From positions 14,799-78,798 of the forward strand of contig JAJFUV010000251.1 of NCBI GenBank assembly GCA_021372245.1: DNA of 64,000 nucleotides. The letters are read 5' to 3'. Of this stretch, positions 28,225 through 36,906 are shown in pieces. The notes beneath the pieces are model-generated. The model had not been told where the DNA came from and did not search any database. It saw only the letters and a program-made list of their open reading frames with translations. Source of the stretch: Terriglobales bacterium. GTDB lineage: Bacteria; Acidobacteriota; Terriglobia; Bryobacterales; Bryobacteraceae. Every line of letters begins with the position of its first letter. Position 1 is the first letter of the stretch. Position numbers and translations under genes: made by a program.

Positions 28225-29949
28225 ATGGTGTTTCACCCCATGAGTTCCCCGAATACCCCGGATATGCCTGTTCAGGGCGAAACCGCCGCCCAGGACACAG
28301 CGTCCTTTGCCGACATCCTTTCAGAATACGAACGTTCGCACAAAGCGGACGCCAACGCGCCCACCCAGGCGCTGCAGGGTACCGTTGTGGCCCTCCGCGA
28401 CGACGGCGTCGTCGTGGACGTCGGGCGCAAGATGGAAGGCGTCCTTCCGCCCGAGGGGCTGAAAGACGCCGACGGCAACTGGACCGTGAAGGCCGGCGAC
28501 ACAGTGTTGGTCGCCGTCACCGGCCGTGCGCCGGAAGGCTACTATCGGCTTTCCACCATCACCGTGAAGCGGCCCAAGGATTTCAGCTCTCTCGAGAAAG
28601 CGTTCAACGAGGGCGCCGTCATCGCCGGCGTGGTCACGGAAGTGGTGAAAGGCGGTCTGCGCGTTGACGTCGGCCTGCCCGCTTTCATGCCCGCGTCGCG
28701 CAGCGGCGCCAGGGATGCCGCCGAGATAGAGAAGCTGGTCGGCCAGGACATTCGCTGCAAAATCATCAAGCTGGATGTCAGCGACGAAGATGTTGTCGTC
28801 GATCGCCGCGCTGTGCTCGAAGCCGAAGAAGCCGCCGCGCGCCAGAAGGCCTTTGATGATCTCGAGGAAGGCGCCGTAGTCCGCGGCACCGTGCGCAGCC
28901 TCACCGATTTCGGCGCTTTTGTCGATATCGGCGGCGTCGATGGATTGCTGCACGTCGGCGACATTGCCTGGACGCGGATCGCCAAGCCGTCTGATGTGGT
29001 GAGCGTCGGCGACCAGGTTGAGGTCAAGATCCTCAAGATCCAACGCGATAAACGGCGCGTGGCACTCGGAATGAAGCAGTTGTTGCCCGATCCGTGGAGC
29101 CTGGCGGCGGATAAGTATCAGGTCGGCTCGCGCGTGCACGGCAAGGTTACGCGCACTGCGGATTTCGGCGCGTTTGTCGAACTGGAACCCGGCATCGAGG
29201 GACTCATTCATCTCTCCGAGATGTCCTGGTCCAAGAAGCAGCGCAAGCCTTCCGATGTGGTGAAGCGCAACGAGATGGTCGAAGTCGTGGTGCTCTCGGT
29301 AAACGCCGCGGACCACCGTATCGGCCTCGGCCTCAAACAGGCCCTAGGGGATCCGTGGGACGAAGCCGTCAAGAAATACGCCTCCGGCACCATCGTGGAA
29401 GGTCCCATATCCAGTCTTACGAAGTTCGGCGCTTTCGTGGAGCTTGAGGAAGGCATTGAGGGCATGATCCACATCGCCGACATCACCAACGAGAAGCGGC
29501 TGGATAGTCCCAAGGATGTGCTCAAGGAGAATCAGCAGGTGCGCGCCGTCGTGCTCGAAGTGGACCGCGAGCGCCGCCGTATCCGCTTGAGCATGAAGCA
29601 ACTGGAACCCACCACCGCCGACGAGTACATCGCCGACCACAAGCTTGGCGACGTGGTCACCGGCCGCCTGGTGGACGTATCACGCGAAACCGCCAAAGTG
29701 GAGTTGGGTGAGGGCGTGTTCGGCTTCTGCCGGCTGCCCAAGCCGGCCAAAACTGCGGCGAGTGACGCTGGAGCGAGCTCTGCTGCCGACATAAGCTCTT
29801 TATCTGCAATGCTTTCGGCAAAGTGGAAACAGGGCAAGTCGCAGGCTTCCGCCTCTCCGGAAGCGCCGCGTGCGGGTCAAATCCGCTCTTTCCGTATCGC
29901 TTCGGTGGAAACCGGACAGAAGAAAATCGAGCTGGAACTCGTAAGCTAG
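28225..29949 (+). CDS. rpsA: 30S ribosomal protein S1
   Basis: Six consecutive S1 OB-fold repeats (G.V..V...G..VD.G...G..H.S motifs throughout). GGAG lies 10 nt upstream of ATG 28225. Confidence 0.9.
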   Translation: MVFHPMSSPNTPDMPVQGETAAQDTASFADILSEYERSHKADANAPTQALQGTVVALRDDGVVVDVGRKMEGVLPPEGLKDADGNWTVKAGDTVLVAVTGRAPEGYYRLSTITVKRPKDFSSLEKAFNEGAVIAGVVTEVVKGGLRVDVGLPAFMPASRSGARDAAEIEKLVGQDIRCKIIKLDVSDEDVVVDRRAVLEAEEAAARQKAFDDLEEGAVVRGTVRSLTDFGAFVDIGGVDGLLHVGDIAWTRIAKPSDVVSVGDQVEVKILKIQRDKRRVALGMKQLLPDPWSLAADKYQVGSRVHGKVTRTADFGAFVELEPGIEGLIHLSEMSWSKKQRKPSDVVKRNEMVEVVVLSVNAADHRIGLGLKQALGDPWDEAVKKYASGTIVEGPISSLTKFGAFVELEEGIEGMIHIADITNEKRLDSPKDVLKENQQVRAVVLEVDRERRRIRLSMKQLEPTTADEYIADHKLGDVVTGRLVDVSRETAKVELGEGVFGFCRLPKPAKTAASDAGASSAADISSLSAMLSAKWKQGKSQASASPEAPRAGQIRSFRIASVETGQKKIELELVS

Positions 29950-30015
29950 TTTTTTTCGCAATTCGGCCTAGCCGCTGGCGAGACGTATGGCACCCTGGCG
30001 CGTCGAACGCTCTAG

Positions 30016-30639
30016 GTGCCCATGTCGCCAAGCGTTGCGGCAAGTGTGGAAGTACAATCGGCTCAAGGAATGAGTGAAGAGGCTCTGATCCGCCTCGCCC
30101 AGCAGGGCGACGAGGAAGCCTTCGAGCAGCTTGTGCACGCCCACGATCAGGGTGTTCTCCGCCTGGCCTATAACCTCCTGCGCTCTACCGAAGACGCTTA
30201 CGACGTTTACCAGGAGACGTTTCTCAGGGTCTACCGCAATCTGCCTACGTTCCGCTTCGATTGCAGTTTTCATACATGGGTTTACCGCATCGCTACGAAT
30301 CTCTGCCTGGACGTCCTCCGTCGCCGGAAGGTGCGCAAGGAGGAGCCCGGGGTACTTGAAAGCGAGAATGGCGAGCGGAGTCTTTTGGACAACGTCGCGG
30401 AGCGGCGCGCGGATAGCGACCCGCAGCGCGCGCTGCTCAACCGGGAATTGCGCGAGCGCATCGACAAAGTGCTCGGCGACCTGACGCCCCGCGAGCGGAC
30501 CGTGTTCGAGTTGCGTCACTTCCAAGGGATGCGCCTGCGGGCTATCGGCGAGATGCTGGGTGCCACCGAAGAGGCGGCCAAGAACTGCCTGTTCCGCGCC
30601 ACGCAGAAGATGCGCGTGGCCCTGGGAGATTTGTTATGA
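30016..30639 (+). CDS. ECF-type RNA polymerase sigma factor (sigma-70 family, regions 2 and 4)
   Basis: Region 2 (FEQLVHAHDQGVLRLAYNLL...DVYQETFLRVYRNL) and region 4 (ERTVFELRHFQGMRLRAIGEMLGATEEAAKNCLFRA). Start uncertain (GTG 30016, ATG 30022 or ATG 30070). Confidence 0.85.
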   Translation: MPMSPSVAASVEVQSAQGMSEEALIRLAQQGDEEAFEQLVHAHDQGVLRLAYNLLRSTEDAYDVYQETFLRVYRNLPTFRFDCSFHTWVYRIATNLCLDVLRRRKVRKEEPGVLESENGERSLLDNVAERRADSDPQRALLNRELRERIDKVLGDLTPRERTVFELRHFQGMRLRAIGEMLGATEEAAKNCLFRATQKMRVALGDLL

Positions 30640-31553
30640 GTTGCGATTCGATCAGAAACCGGTTCTTCCTGCTGCTCTATGGAGAGCTGACCTTCGACGA
30701 GGAGGAGTTCATCGAGCAGCATCTGGAGACGTGCGCGGATTGCCGCGCGGAACTGGAGCGTCAAAAGACTCTCTCCGAGGCCGTATCGGCGCAAGCTCTG
30801 GAACCATCCGATGAGCTGTTGTCGCGCTGCCGCCGCGACCTGCGTTTCAAAGCCGCCAACGCTGCGCGCGCACCACGCCCGGAAGTGGGCTTTTCCGCCC
30901 GCATCCGCCAAGCGACGCGCATGCTGTTCGGCATGCCGTCTGGTGCTATCTTGAAGCCGGCCGGAGTGGTGGCGCTCCTGCTGGTCGGCTTCTTCGCCGC
31001 GCGCCTGACTGCGCCGCGCACCGTTCTGGCCCCCTCCGAACCCGTCGCCACCCGCATCCGCTACATTCAGCCCGATGACGCAGGCCGTGTTCAGATAGTC
31101 GTCGATGAAACCAGGCAAAAGGTATTGAGCGGCGGGCTCAACGACGAACGCGTCCTTCGCACATTGCTCGCCGCCGCGCGCGACCCCGAAGATCCCGGCC
31201 TGCGCGCGGAATCCGTTGAATTGCTCAAGTCGCATGCCGCCTCGCGCGAAGTGCGCGGCACGCTGGTATACGCCTTGCGCCACGATCCCAACGCCGGCGT
31301 CCGCCTGCGCGCGCTCGAAGCTCTGCGGGCGTACTCGACCGAACCGGAGAGCCGCCGCGCACTCGTCGATGTACTGCTCGCCGACGACAATCCCGGCGTC
31401 CGCACACAGGCTGCCGACCTGTTGACTGAACACAAGGACCTCTCCGTCGTTCCCGCATTCCAACGCTCGCTCGAACGCGAGGACAACAGCTACGTCCGTC
31501 TGCGCCTCCAAAACGCTCTGCGAGAGATGAAGGCGTCCACGGAGACTTTCTAA
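30636..31553 (+). CDS. Anti-sigma factor (zf-HC2 N-terminus, one TM segment, HEAT-repeat C-terminal domain)
   Basis: zf-HC2 H-x3-C-x2-C motif (EQHLETCADCRAEL), TM segment VVALLLVGFFAA, HEAT-like repeats (DPNAGVRLRALEAL, DDNPGVRTQAADLL, NSYVRLRLQNAL). The ATG overlaps the sigma stop. Confidence 0.8.
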   Translation: MSCDSIRNRFFLLLYGELTFDEEEFIEQHLETCADCRAELERQKTLSEAVSAQALEPSDELLSRCRRDLRFKAANAARAPRPEVGFSARIRQATRMLFGMPSGAILKPAGVVALLLVGFFAARLTAPRTVLAPSEPVATRIRYIQPDDAGRVQIVVDETRQKVLSGGLNDERVLRTLLAAARDPEDPGLRAESVELLKSHAASREVRGTLVYALRHDPNAGVRLRALEALRAYSTEPESRRALVDVLLADDNPGVRTQAADLLTEHKDLSVVPAFQRSLEREDNSYVRLRLQNALREMKASTETF

Positions 31554-32716
31554 TGAAACGCGCGCTGCTCCTGCCGCTGTTGGTTGCCGGTCTCTATGCT
31601 CGCAGTGACGCGCCAGTAGCGCGCGAAGGCCGCTACTGGGTGCAAACCATCGTCGGGTCGCATCCGGCAGGCGCGCGCGATCGGCTGCGCATCTCCACCC
31701 GGGGCAGGATCAAGCTGCAGGGCGGCGCGTCCTCCGGCGTCGCCTACACGGTGAAGAAGCGCGTGGACGCATCCAGCCGGGGCGAGGCCGAACGCCTGCT
31801 CCGTGAAGTCCGGATCGATGTCGGCTCGCAGTCCGGCTTGCATCTCTCCCTCGCCTTCCCTCGCCGTCAGAATGTGTGGGCCGACGTGTACGTCACCGCG
31901 CCGCGCACACTTGCCGAAAGCCATCTGGAAAGTGAGGCTGGCGGCGTCGAGGCCTACGACATGGCTGGCGCGGTGGTGGCCGAATCCGCCGGCGGACGCA
32001 TACAGATGGATCGCGTTGGAGGTCCCATAACCGCCAGGACCGGCGGCGGCGACATCCGCTTCGGCCGCGTCGGCGCGTCGGTGAGGTGCCTGACGGCGGG
32101 TGGCGCGGTCCGGGCCGATCACCTCGGTGGTGAGTCCTGGCTGGAAACCGCGGGCGGTGAGATTTACCTGGGCGAGGCCATGGCGCCTGTGCACGTCTCC
32201 ACGGCGGGCGGCAACATTCGCGTGTCGAAAGCCGCGTCGTACGTCGACGCGCGCACGGCGGGCGGATTGATCGAGGTCTTTGCTGCCGGCGGTCCCGTAT
32301 CGGCCGAAAGCTCCGGCGGTTCCATCACCGTCAACTCGGCGCGCGGAGTGCGCTGCGAGACGGCGGCCGGTGCCATTAGCATGCGCTCGGTCCAGGGAGC
32401 CTTGCGCGCTTCCACGGGGCTTGGGAGTGTCTTCGCGCAGTTGCCTCCCGGCGCCCGGCTGGAAGATTCCTTCCTGAACACCGGTTCAGGTGACATTGTG
32501 GTTGTTCTTCCGTCTAACCTTGCGGTGACGATTCGCGCACGTAGCGAATTGATCGGCGCGGGGAAAATCGTTTCCGACTTTCCCGAGATTCGCGTGGATG
32601 AGGCCATACTGACCAACGCACGCTCCGCCGTGGCGCAAGGTTCGTTGAACGGCGGCGGTCCGCTGCTGCGATTGGCCACCTCCGGCGGAGTGATTTATCT
32701 CCGGCGCCAGAAATAG
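31553..32716 (+). CDS. DUF4097-like beta-helical repeat protein (putative adhesin fold)
   Basis: Signal peptide, then about ten degenerate (T/S)xGGxIxV units (SAGGRIQM, TGGGDIRF, TAGGAVRA, TAGGEIYL, TAGGNIRV, TAGGLIEV, SSGGSITV, TAAGAISM, GSGDIVVV). Confidence 0.7.
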   Translation: MKRALLLPLLVAGLYARSDAPVAREGRYWVQTIVGSHPAGARDRLRISTRGRIKLQGGASSGVAYTVKKRVDASSRGEAERLLREVRIDVGSQSGLHLSLAFPRRQNVWADVYVTAPRTLAESHLESEAGGVEAYDMAGAVVAESAGGRIQMDRVGGPITARTGGGDIRFGRVGASVRCLTAGGAVRADHLGGESWLETAGGEIYLGEAMAPVHVSTAGGNIRVSKAASYVDARTAGGLIEVFAAGGPVSAESSGGSITVNSARGVRCETAAGAISMRSVQGALRASTGLGSVFAQLPPGARLEDSFLNTGSGDIVVVLPSNLAVTIRARSELIGAGKIVSDFPEIRVDEAILTNARSAVAQGSLNGGGPLLRLATSGGVIYLRRQK

Positions 32717-32733
32717 CCGAAGGAGGTTTTCCG

Positions 32734-33651
32734 ATGATGTTATTCGTTTCTGATTGGCGCATGAAGTGCGCCTTGGCTTTCACGAGTTGCCTGATGGCGC
32801 TGCCCCTCGCTGCCCAGCAGCCCGAACCACCTGACCCGCCTGATCCGTCCGCGCTGTTTGCGCTCGGTGCTCCGGACGAAAAGGTCTTCCTCCAATTTGG
32901 AGGAGGCGGCAGCTATCTGGGTGTCGATGTGGCTGAGGTCGGCGCCGAACGCGCCAAGGCTCTCAAACTTTCCGAAGAGCGCGGCGTCGAGTTGACGCGT
33001 GTTGCCGAGGACAGTCCCGCCGCCAAGGCAGGATTGAAGGCAGGGGACGTCGTGCTCGAATACAACGGCCAGCGCGTCGAGGGCACCGCGCAGTTTGTCC
33101 GGCTGGTGCGTGAGACACCCGTCGGCCGCGTCGCAAGACTGGCCATAAGCCGGGGAGGTACCGCGCAGACTGTCCCGGCCACCATCGGCAAGCACCCCGG
33201 CATGAAGTGGGCTCACGCCGATGTGGAACGCGACCTTGATCGGGCACGCAAACAGCTGGATCGTATGCGCATTATGATCCCGGACACTCCGCGCGCTTAT
33301 ATGTCCTGGCGCACGCCTGCGCTGGGCATTGAAGGCGAATCGCTCGAAGGGCAGCTTGCCGAGTATTTCGGTGTTCAGAGCGGTGTCTTGGTCCGGTCAG
33401 TGCTGAAGGGTACGGCGGCTGAAAAGGCCGGGTTGAAGGCCGGTGACGTGATCCAGAAGGTGGACGACACCAAGGTCACCACGCCGCGTGAGATCTCCAG
33501 TGCCATCCGCTCGCTCAACGAGAAGAAGACCTTTCCGGTCATGGTCCGCCGCAGTCAAAAGGAACTCACTTTCAGTGTCACCGTCGAGGACACCTCCGAT
33601 GTGAAACGCGTGTCCCCGCGCCCGCACGTTGTCGTCCATAAGGAGCAGTGA
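32734..33651 (+). CDS. Secreted tandem PDZ-domain protein
   Basis: Signal peptide (CLMALPLAAQQ). Two PDZ-like modules (SPAAKAGLKAGDVVLEYNGQRV and GTAAEKAGLKAGDVIQKVDDTKV). GGAGG lies 7 nt upstream of the ATG. Confidence 0.8.
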   Translation: MMLFVSDWRMKCALAFTSCLMALPLAAQQPEPPDPPDPSALFALGAPDEKVFLQFGGGGSYLGVDVAEVGAERAKALKLSEERGVELTRVAEDSPAAKAGLKAGDVVLEYNGQRVEGTAQFVRLVRETPVGRVARLAISRGGTAQTVPATIGKHPGMKWAHADVERDLDRARKQLDRMRIMIPDTPRAYMSWRTPALGIEGESLEGQLAEYFGVQSGVLVRSVLKGTAAEKAGLKAGDVIQKVDDTKVTTPREISSAIRSLNEKKTFPVMVRRSQKELTFSVTVEDTSDVKRVSPRPHVVVHKEQ

Positions 33652-33663
33652 TCCGGCATCGCG

Positions 33664-34062
33664 TCAGTCGGCGCAAAGCACGATGCGGTGAACCTTAACC
33701 AGTAACTCCACTTCTCTTTTCGGGAGGCCGAGAGCAGCCGCAATTTGCTCCGGCCTCTCTCCCCGCCGCGACATCCTCAACGCCTGCGTTCGCTTGTTCA
33801 GGTTCATGCCGGAGCAGGGCGGCGTTGGGGGCACCAGCACTCCCGTGCGCTCCTCGGCTTCCTTGAGCCCCACTTTCAGTTCGCCTACCGCGGAGTGCGC
33901 CGCTTCGATCTGGCGCGTAAGCCCCTGATTGTCCGTATCCAAGCGCTGTTCCAACCGCCGGATCTGCTTTTTCAGGCAAACGAACAGATAAAGGCCAAGC
34001 AGTACGGTCACCACCAGCAAGGCGCTCGGCGCCACCATCAGGATGATAGAAGGAATAGTCAC
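33664..34062 (-). CDS. Small membrane-anchored flagellar-cluster protein with a C-terminal HTH-like segment (DUF2802-like)
   Basis: N-terminal TM segment, coiled segment, C-terminus ...RGERPEQIAAALGLPKREVELLVKVHRI. Last gene of the minus-strand flagellar operon. The resemblance to the family found at the end of gammaproteobacterial fliA/che clusters is from memory, not a search. Confidence 0.5.
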   Translation of the reverse strand: MTIPSIILMVAPSALLVVTVLLGLYLFVCLKKQIRRLEQRLDTDNQGLTRQIEAAHSAVGELKVGLKEAEERTGVLVPPTPPCSGMNLNKRTQALRMSRRGERPEQIAAALGLPKREVELLVKVHRIVLCAD

Positions 34063-34071
34063 GCCGCCTCC

Positions 34072-34920
34072 TTAATTGAGAGTCCGCAACCGCTCCCGGC
34101 GGCTGATGATCTGGTTGATTCTGACGCCATAATTGCCTTCGATAACTACTACTTCGCCCCTGGCAATCACGCAGTTGTTCACAATGATCTCCACCGGCTC
34201 GGTCACCGTGCGGTTCAGTTCGACAATGGAGCCCGTGGTCAATTTGATGACATCCTTGAGCGGCAGTTTCGCGCGTCCGAATGACACGCTTACCGGCAGT
34301 TCCACGTCCAGGAGCAGGTCGAGAGTCTTCGATGGGACGGCTCCCGCTACCGGGCTTTCGGCGTTATTGGGCACCGCGGAGGGGACGCTGAGCGCGGCGT
34401 CTTCCTGCGGTTGCTTTGAAGTTGAGACTGCCTTCAGTAGCGCGGGGCTCCATCCCACCGTGATTGGCGGTAGCGTCTCGCCGGCGATGCCCAACGTCAC
34501 TTCGGATACTTCAGCTCCCTCCGGCACCATGGGAATCTCGCGACCCTTTTCGCAAGTCACCTCATGTCCGGCCAGGCCGGAGAGCGCGCGGCTGAAGCCC
34601 GAAAGGGCTTGCTGCAGAATCTCCAGGTAGGTGCTGCGGGCGTCGTTGCGCTCCACCTCGTCGATGCCCGCCATTTTGAGCGATCGCGTTCCGATGCTCA
34701 GCCAGGTTGCTTCGGGTGTCCCCACCGCGAGCGACGCGTCCGGGTCCAGACTCAGAGGTTGCAGCCACCATAGAGACTGCTCTTCGGCCTTGTTCTCTGG
34801 CGAGGATGGGACGCGCTGCCATGTGGCAGTGGGTGTGTCGCCGGTCATTGACTCGACCGCCGACTCGAACTGCCGCATCCACTCTTCGCCCAGCTCGCGA
34901 ATGTGGTCTTCCATGTTCAT
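34072..34920 (-). CDS. Flagellar motor switch protein, FliY-like (CheC-like N-terminal region plus C-terminal SpoA/FliN domain)
   Basis: C-terminal SpoA domain LLLDVELPVSVSFGRAKLPLKDVIKLTTGSIVELNRTVTEPVEIIVNNCVIARGEVVVIEGNYGVRI. N-terminal helices resemble the CheC/FliM fold (YLEILQQALSGFSRALSGLAGHEV) but carry Q where the phosphatase E-x2-N has Asn. Confidence 0.7.
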   Translation of the reverse strand: MNMEDHIRELGEEWMRQFESAVESMTGDTPTATWQRVPSSPENKAEEQSLWWLQPLSLDPDASLAVGTPEATWLSIGTRSLKMAGIDEVERNDARSTYLEILQQALSGFSRALSGLAGHEVTCEKGREIPMVPEGAEVSEVTLGIAGETLPPITVGWSPALLKAVSTSKQPQEDAALSVPSAVPNNAESPVAGAVPSKTLDLLLDVELPVSVSFGRAKLPLKDVIKLTTGSIVELNRTVTEPVEIIVNNCVIARGEVVVIEGNYGVRINQIISRRERLRTLN

Positions 34921-34939
34921 GCTTCCGCTCCCGGTTCGA

Positions 34940-35716
34940 TCACGATCCCCTCTCCATCGGCCACCGCTTGAGGATGTAAGAGCGCAGCCGCAAGATCGCC
35001 TGCGACTTCAACTGGGACACCCGGGACTCGTGCAGATTGACGATCTTGGCGATTTCACGCAGCGTGAGCTCTTCGTGATAGTACAGGCTCAATACCGTCC
35101 GTTCGACGTATGGCATCTTCTCGATGGATTGCGCGAGCAACCGTTCCAACTCCGTCCGCTCGAGGATCCGCGCCGGGCTGTTCTCTTCGTCGGCGGCGAC
35201 GTATTTAAGTAGATCGCGGCTGCCTTCCTGCCCCGAGGCGTTTTCCAGGCTTCCCAGGTTGACGCCGCGCACTTCCACCAGCCACTCGTGGTAATCCTCC
35301 AGGCTCAGACCCAGCTCGCCGGCAATCTCTTCTTCGCTCGGCATACGCTTCAGCCGCTGTTCGGCCGCTGCGATGGCTGATTCAATCTGTTTGGAGCGCT
35401 TCCGTTGCTGCCGGGGAGCCCAGTCCAATCCGCGCAGGCTGTCCAGGATCGCGCCGCGTATTTTGTACTCGGCGTACGTTTTCAGCTTGACGTTGTGGGT
35501 GGGATCGAAATTATCGACGGCCGAGATCAATCCTACGATGCCGGTCGATATCAGGTCGTCGAGACTGACACTCTCAGGCAGCCTTTCGTGGATGCGTCTG
35601 GCGATCAAGCGCACTTGCGGCAGGTGCTCAAGGATCGTCTGTTCCCGCTCGGCGGCGTGACATTCGGCGGTCATCTGATATGGATTCATGAAGGAGTCTT
35701 CGATTTCCTCCGGCAT
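34940..35716 (-). CDS. fliA: Flagellar RNA polymerase sigma factor FliA (sigma-28)
   Basis: Regions 2-4 of group-3 sigma factors (DLISTGIVGLISAVDNFDP, YAEYKIRGAILD, LTLREIAKIVNLHESRVSQLKSQAILRLR). Follows flhF. ATG 35716 (TTG 35722 also possible). Confidence 0.88.
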   Translation of the reverse strand: MPEEIEDSFMNPYQMTAECHAAEREQTILEHLPQVRLIARRIHERLPESVSLDDLISTGIVGLISAVDNFDPTHNVKLKTYAEYKIRGAILDSLRGLDWAPRQQRKRSKQIESAIAAAEQRLKRMPSEEEIAGELGLSLEDYHEWLVEVRGVNLGSLENASGQEGSRDLLKYVAADEENSPARILERTELERLLAQSIEKMPYVERTVLSLYYHEELTLREIAKIVNLHESRVSQLKSQAILRLRSYILKRWPMERGS

Positions 35717-35731
35717 TTGCAAAAACCGGCC

Positions 35732-36862
35732 CTAAGCCGCGACGGCGGCGTGATCTTCCTGATGTCCGATGAGCATGTCGATCAACCGCTGTTTGTCGGC
35801 GGGTTCGATGTCCTCGGGAATCGCCTGTCCGCCGCAAACGAAAGAGACCGCCTTGCCCGTGCGCAGTGCTTCGTTCCAAATGGCGCCGTACGTCTCGGTT
35901 TCGTCCATGTGCGTAAACAGTAGCTTTGAGGGGTGGAAAACCTCGAAGCGGTCCACGATTTTCCGGAGATCGGCGGGCTTCATGGTGGCGGGGACGACCA
36001 GTTGCACGTCGATCTCCCGCGCTTGGCTCAGGGCCAGCGCCAATTCGCGGCAATCCTCCCAATCGGCTTCACTGTGGCCCGGCGTGTCGATCAGGAGGGT
36101 GTCCTTGTGCGCCCACTCGGTCAAGGCCGCGGGCAGTGCCAAAGGAGTGTCCAGGAGCTGGAATCCCACCCCGAGGATGGCCGCGTACGAGCGCAACTGC
36201 TCCGCGGCCGCGAGCCGGTAGTTGTCAAGCGACAGAATCTGCGTAGGCTTCTTTTGCATCAGTCCGTAACGCAGCGCCAGTTTTGCCAGCGTCGTAGTTT
36301 TGCCGCTACCCGGCGGCCCCACCAGCGCCGTGATTTTACGGTTTTCGCCCGCCACCCCGAGCGAGGCATCCACCTCCAAACTGGCCGCCAATTCCTGGGC
36401 TAGTGCGCTTCGCCCCCCTCGGCCGTCCAGCCGCGCCTCGTGCGGGTTGCGCGATCGTGTCCGCCGCAACAGATCCTGTGCGAGCAACGCGTCCATCCCC
36501 GCGGAGATCAAAGTGGCGAACACATCGGCGAAGTCCGGATCCGCTGAATTCCGCGCCGTTACCAGGGCGCTCGACCGTCCCATCGCCTCTGCCATGCGTT
36601 CCAACTGGTGCCGCAGTTCTGCCACCTCCCGCGTGACTTGATCCATGCCCGTCGGGCGCTCCGCCTCCTCTGCTTGTGGCGGTTCCGGCGCAGGCTTTTC
36701 TGCGGGAATATCCACGGCGAAAACTACCTCGTACTCGCCCAGATGGCGTGCTTCCGGCATGGCCGGCTGCGAGTTGACCAGCATTGCTTCCGGGCCCAGT
36801 TCCCGCCGTGCCAGTTCGACGGCGCTCTCAACGGTACTGGAAAAGTATGACTTCATTCGCAT
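35732..36862 (-). CDS. flhF: Flagellar biosynthesis GTPase FlhF (SRP-type)
   Basis: SRP-GTPase motifs GPPGSGKTTTLAKLA, LIDTPG, THMDET. Lies downstream of flhA. Confidence 0.88.
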   Translation of the reverse strand: MRMKSYFSSTVESAVELARRELGPEAMLVNSQPAMPEARHLGEYEVVFAVDIPAEKPAPEPPQAEEAERPTGMDQVTREVAELRHQLERMAEAMGRSSALVTARNSADPDFADVFATLISAGMDALLAQDLLRRTRSRNPHEARLDGRGGRSALAQELAASLEVDASLGVAGENRKITALVGPPGSGKTTTLAKLALRYGLMQKKPTQILSLDNYRLAAAEQLRSYAAILGVGFQLLDTPLALPAALTEWAHKDTLLIDTPGHSEADWEDCRELALALSQAREIDVQLVVPATMKPADLRKIVDRFEVFHPSKLLFTHMDETETYGAIWNEALRTGKAVSFVCGGQAIPEDIEPADKQRLIDMLIGHQEDHAAVAA

Positions 36863-36906
36863 GACAATTCACTCTCAATGAATTTCGCGGTCCTCATCCG
36901 GCGCCC

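Noticed and set aside
29935-29960. T7 run immediately after the rpsA stop, considered as an intrinsic terminator.
   Set aside because: The preceding sequence forms only a 4-5 bp imperfect stem (CGAGCT...AGCTAG), which is too weak to call.
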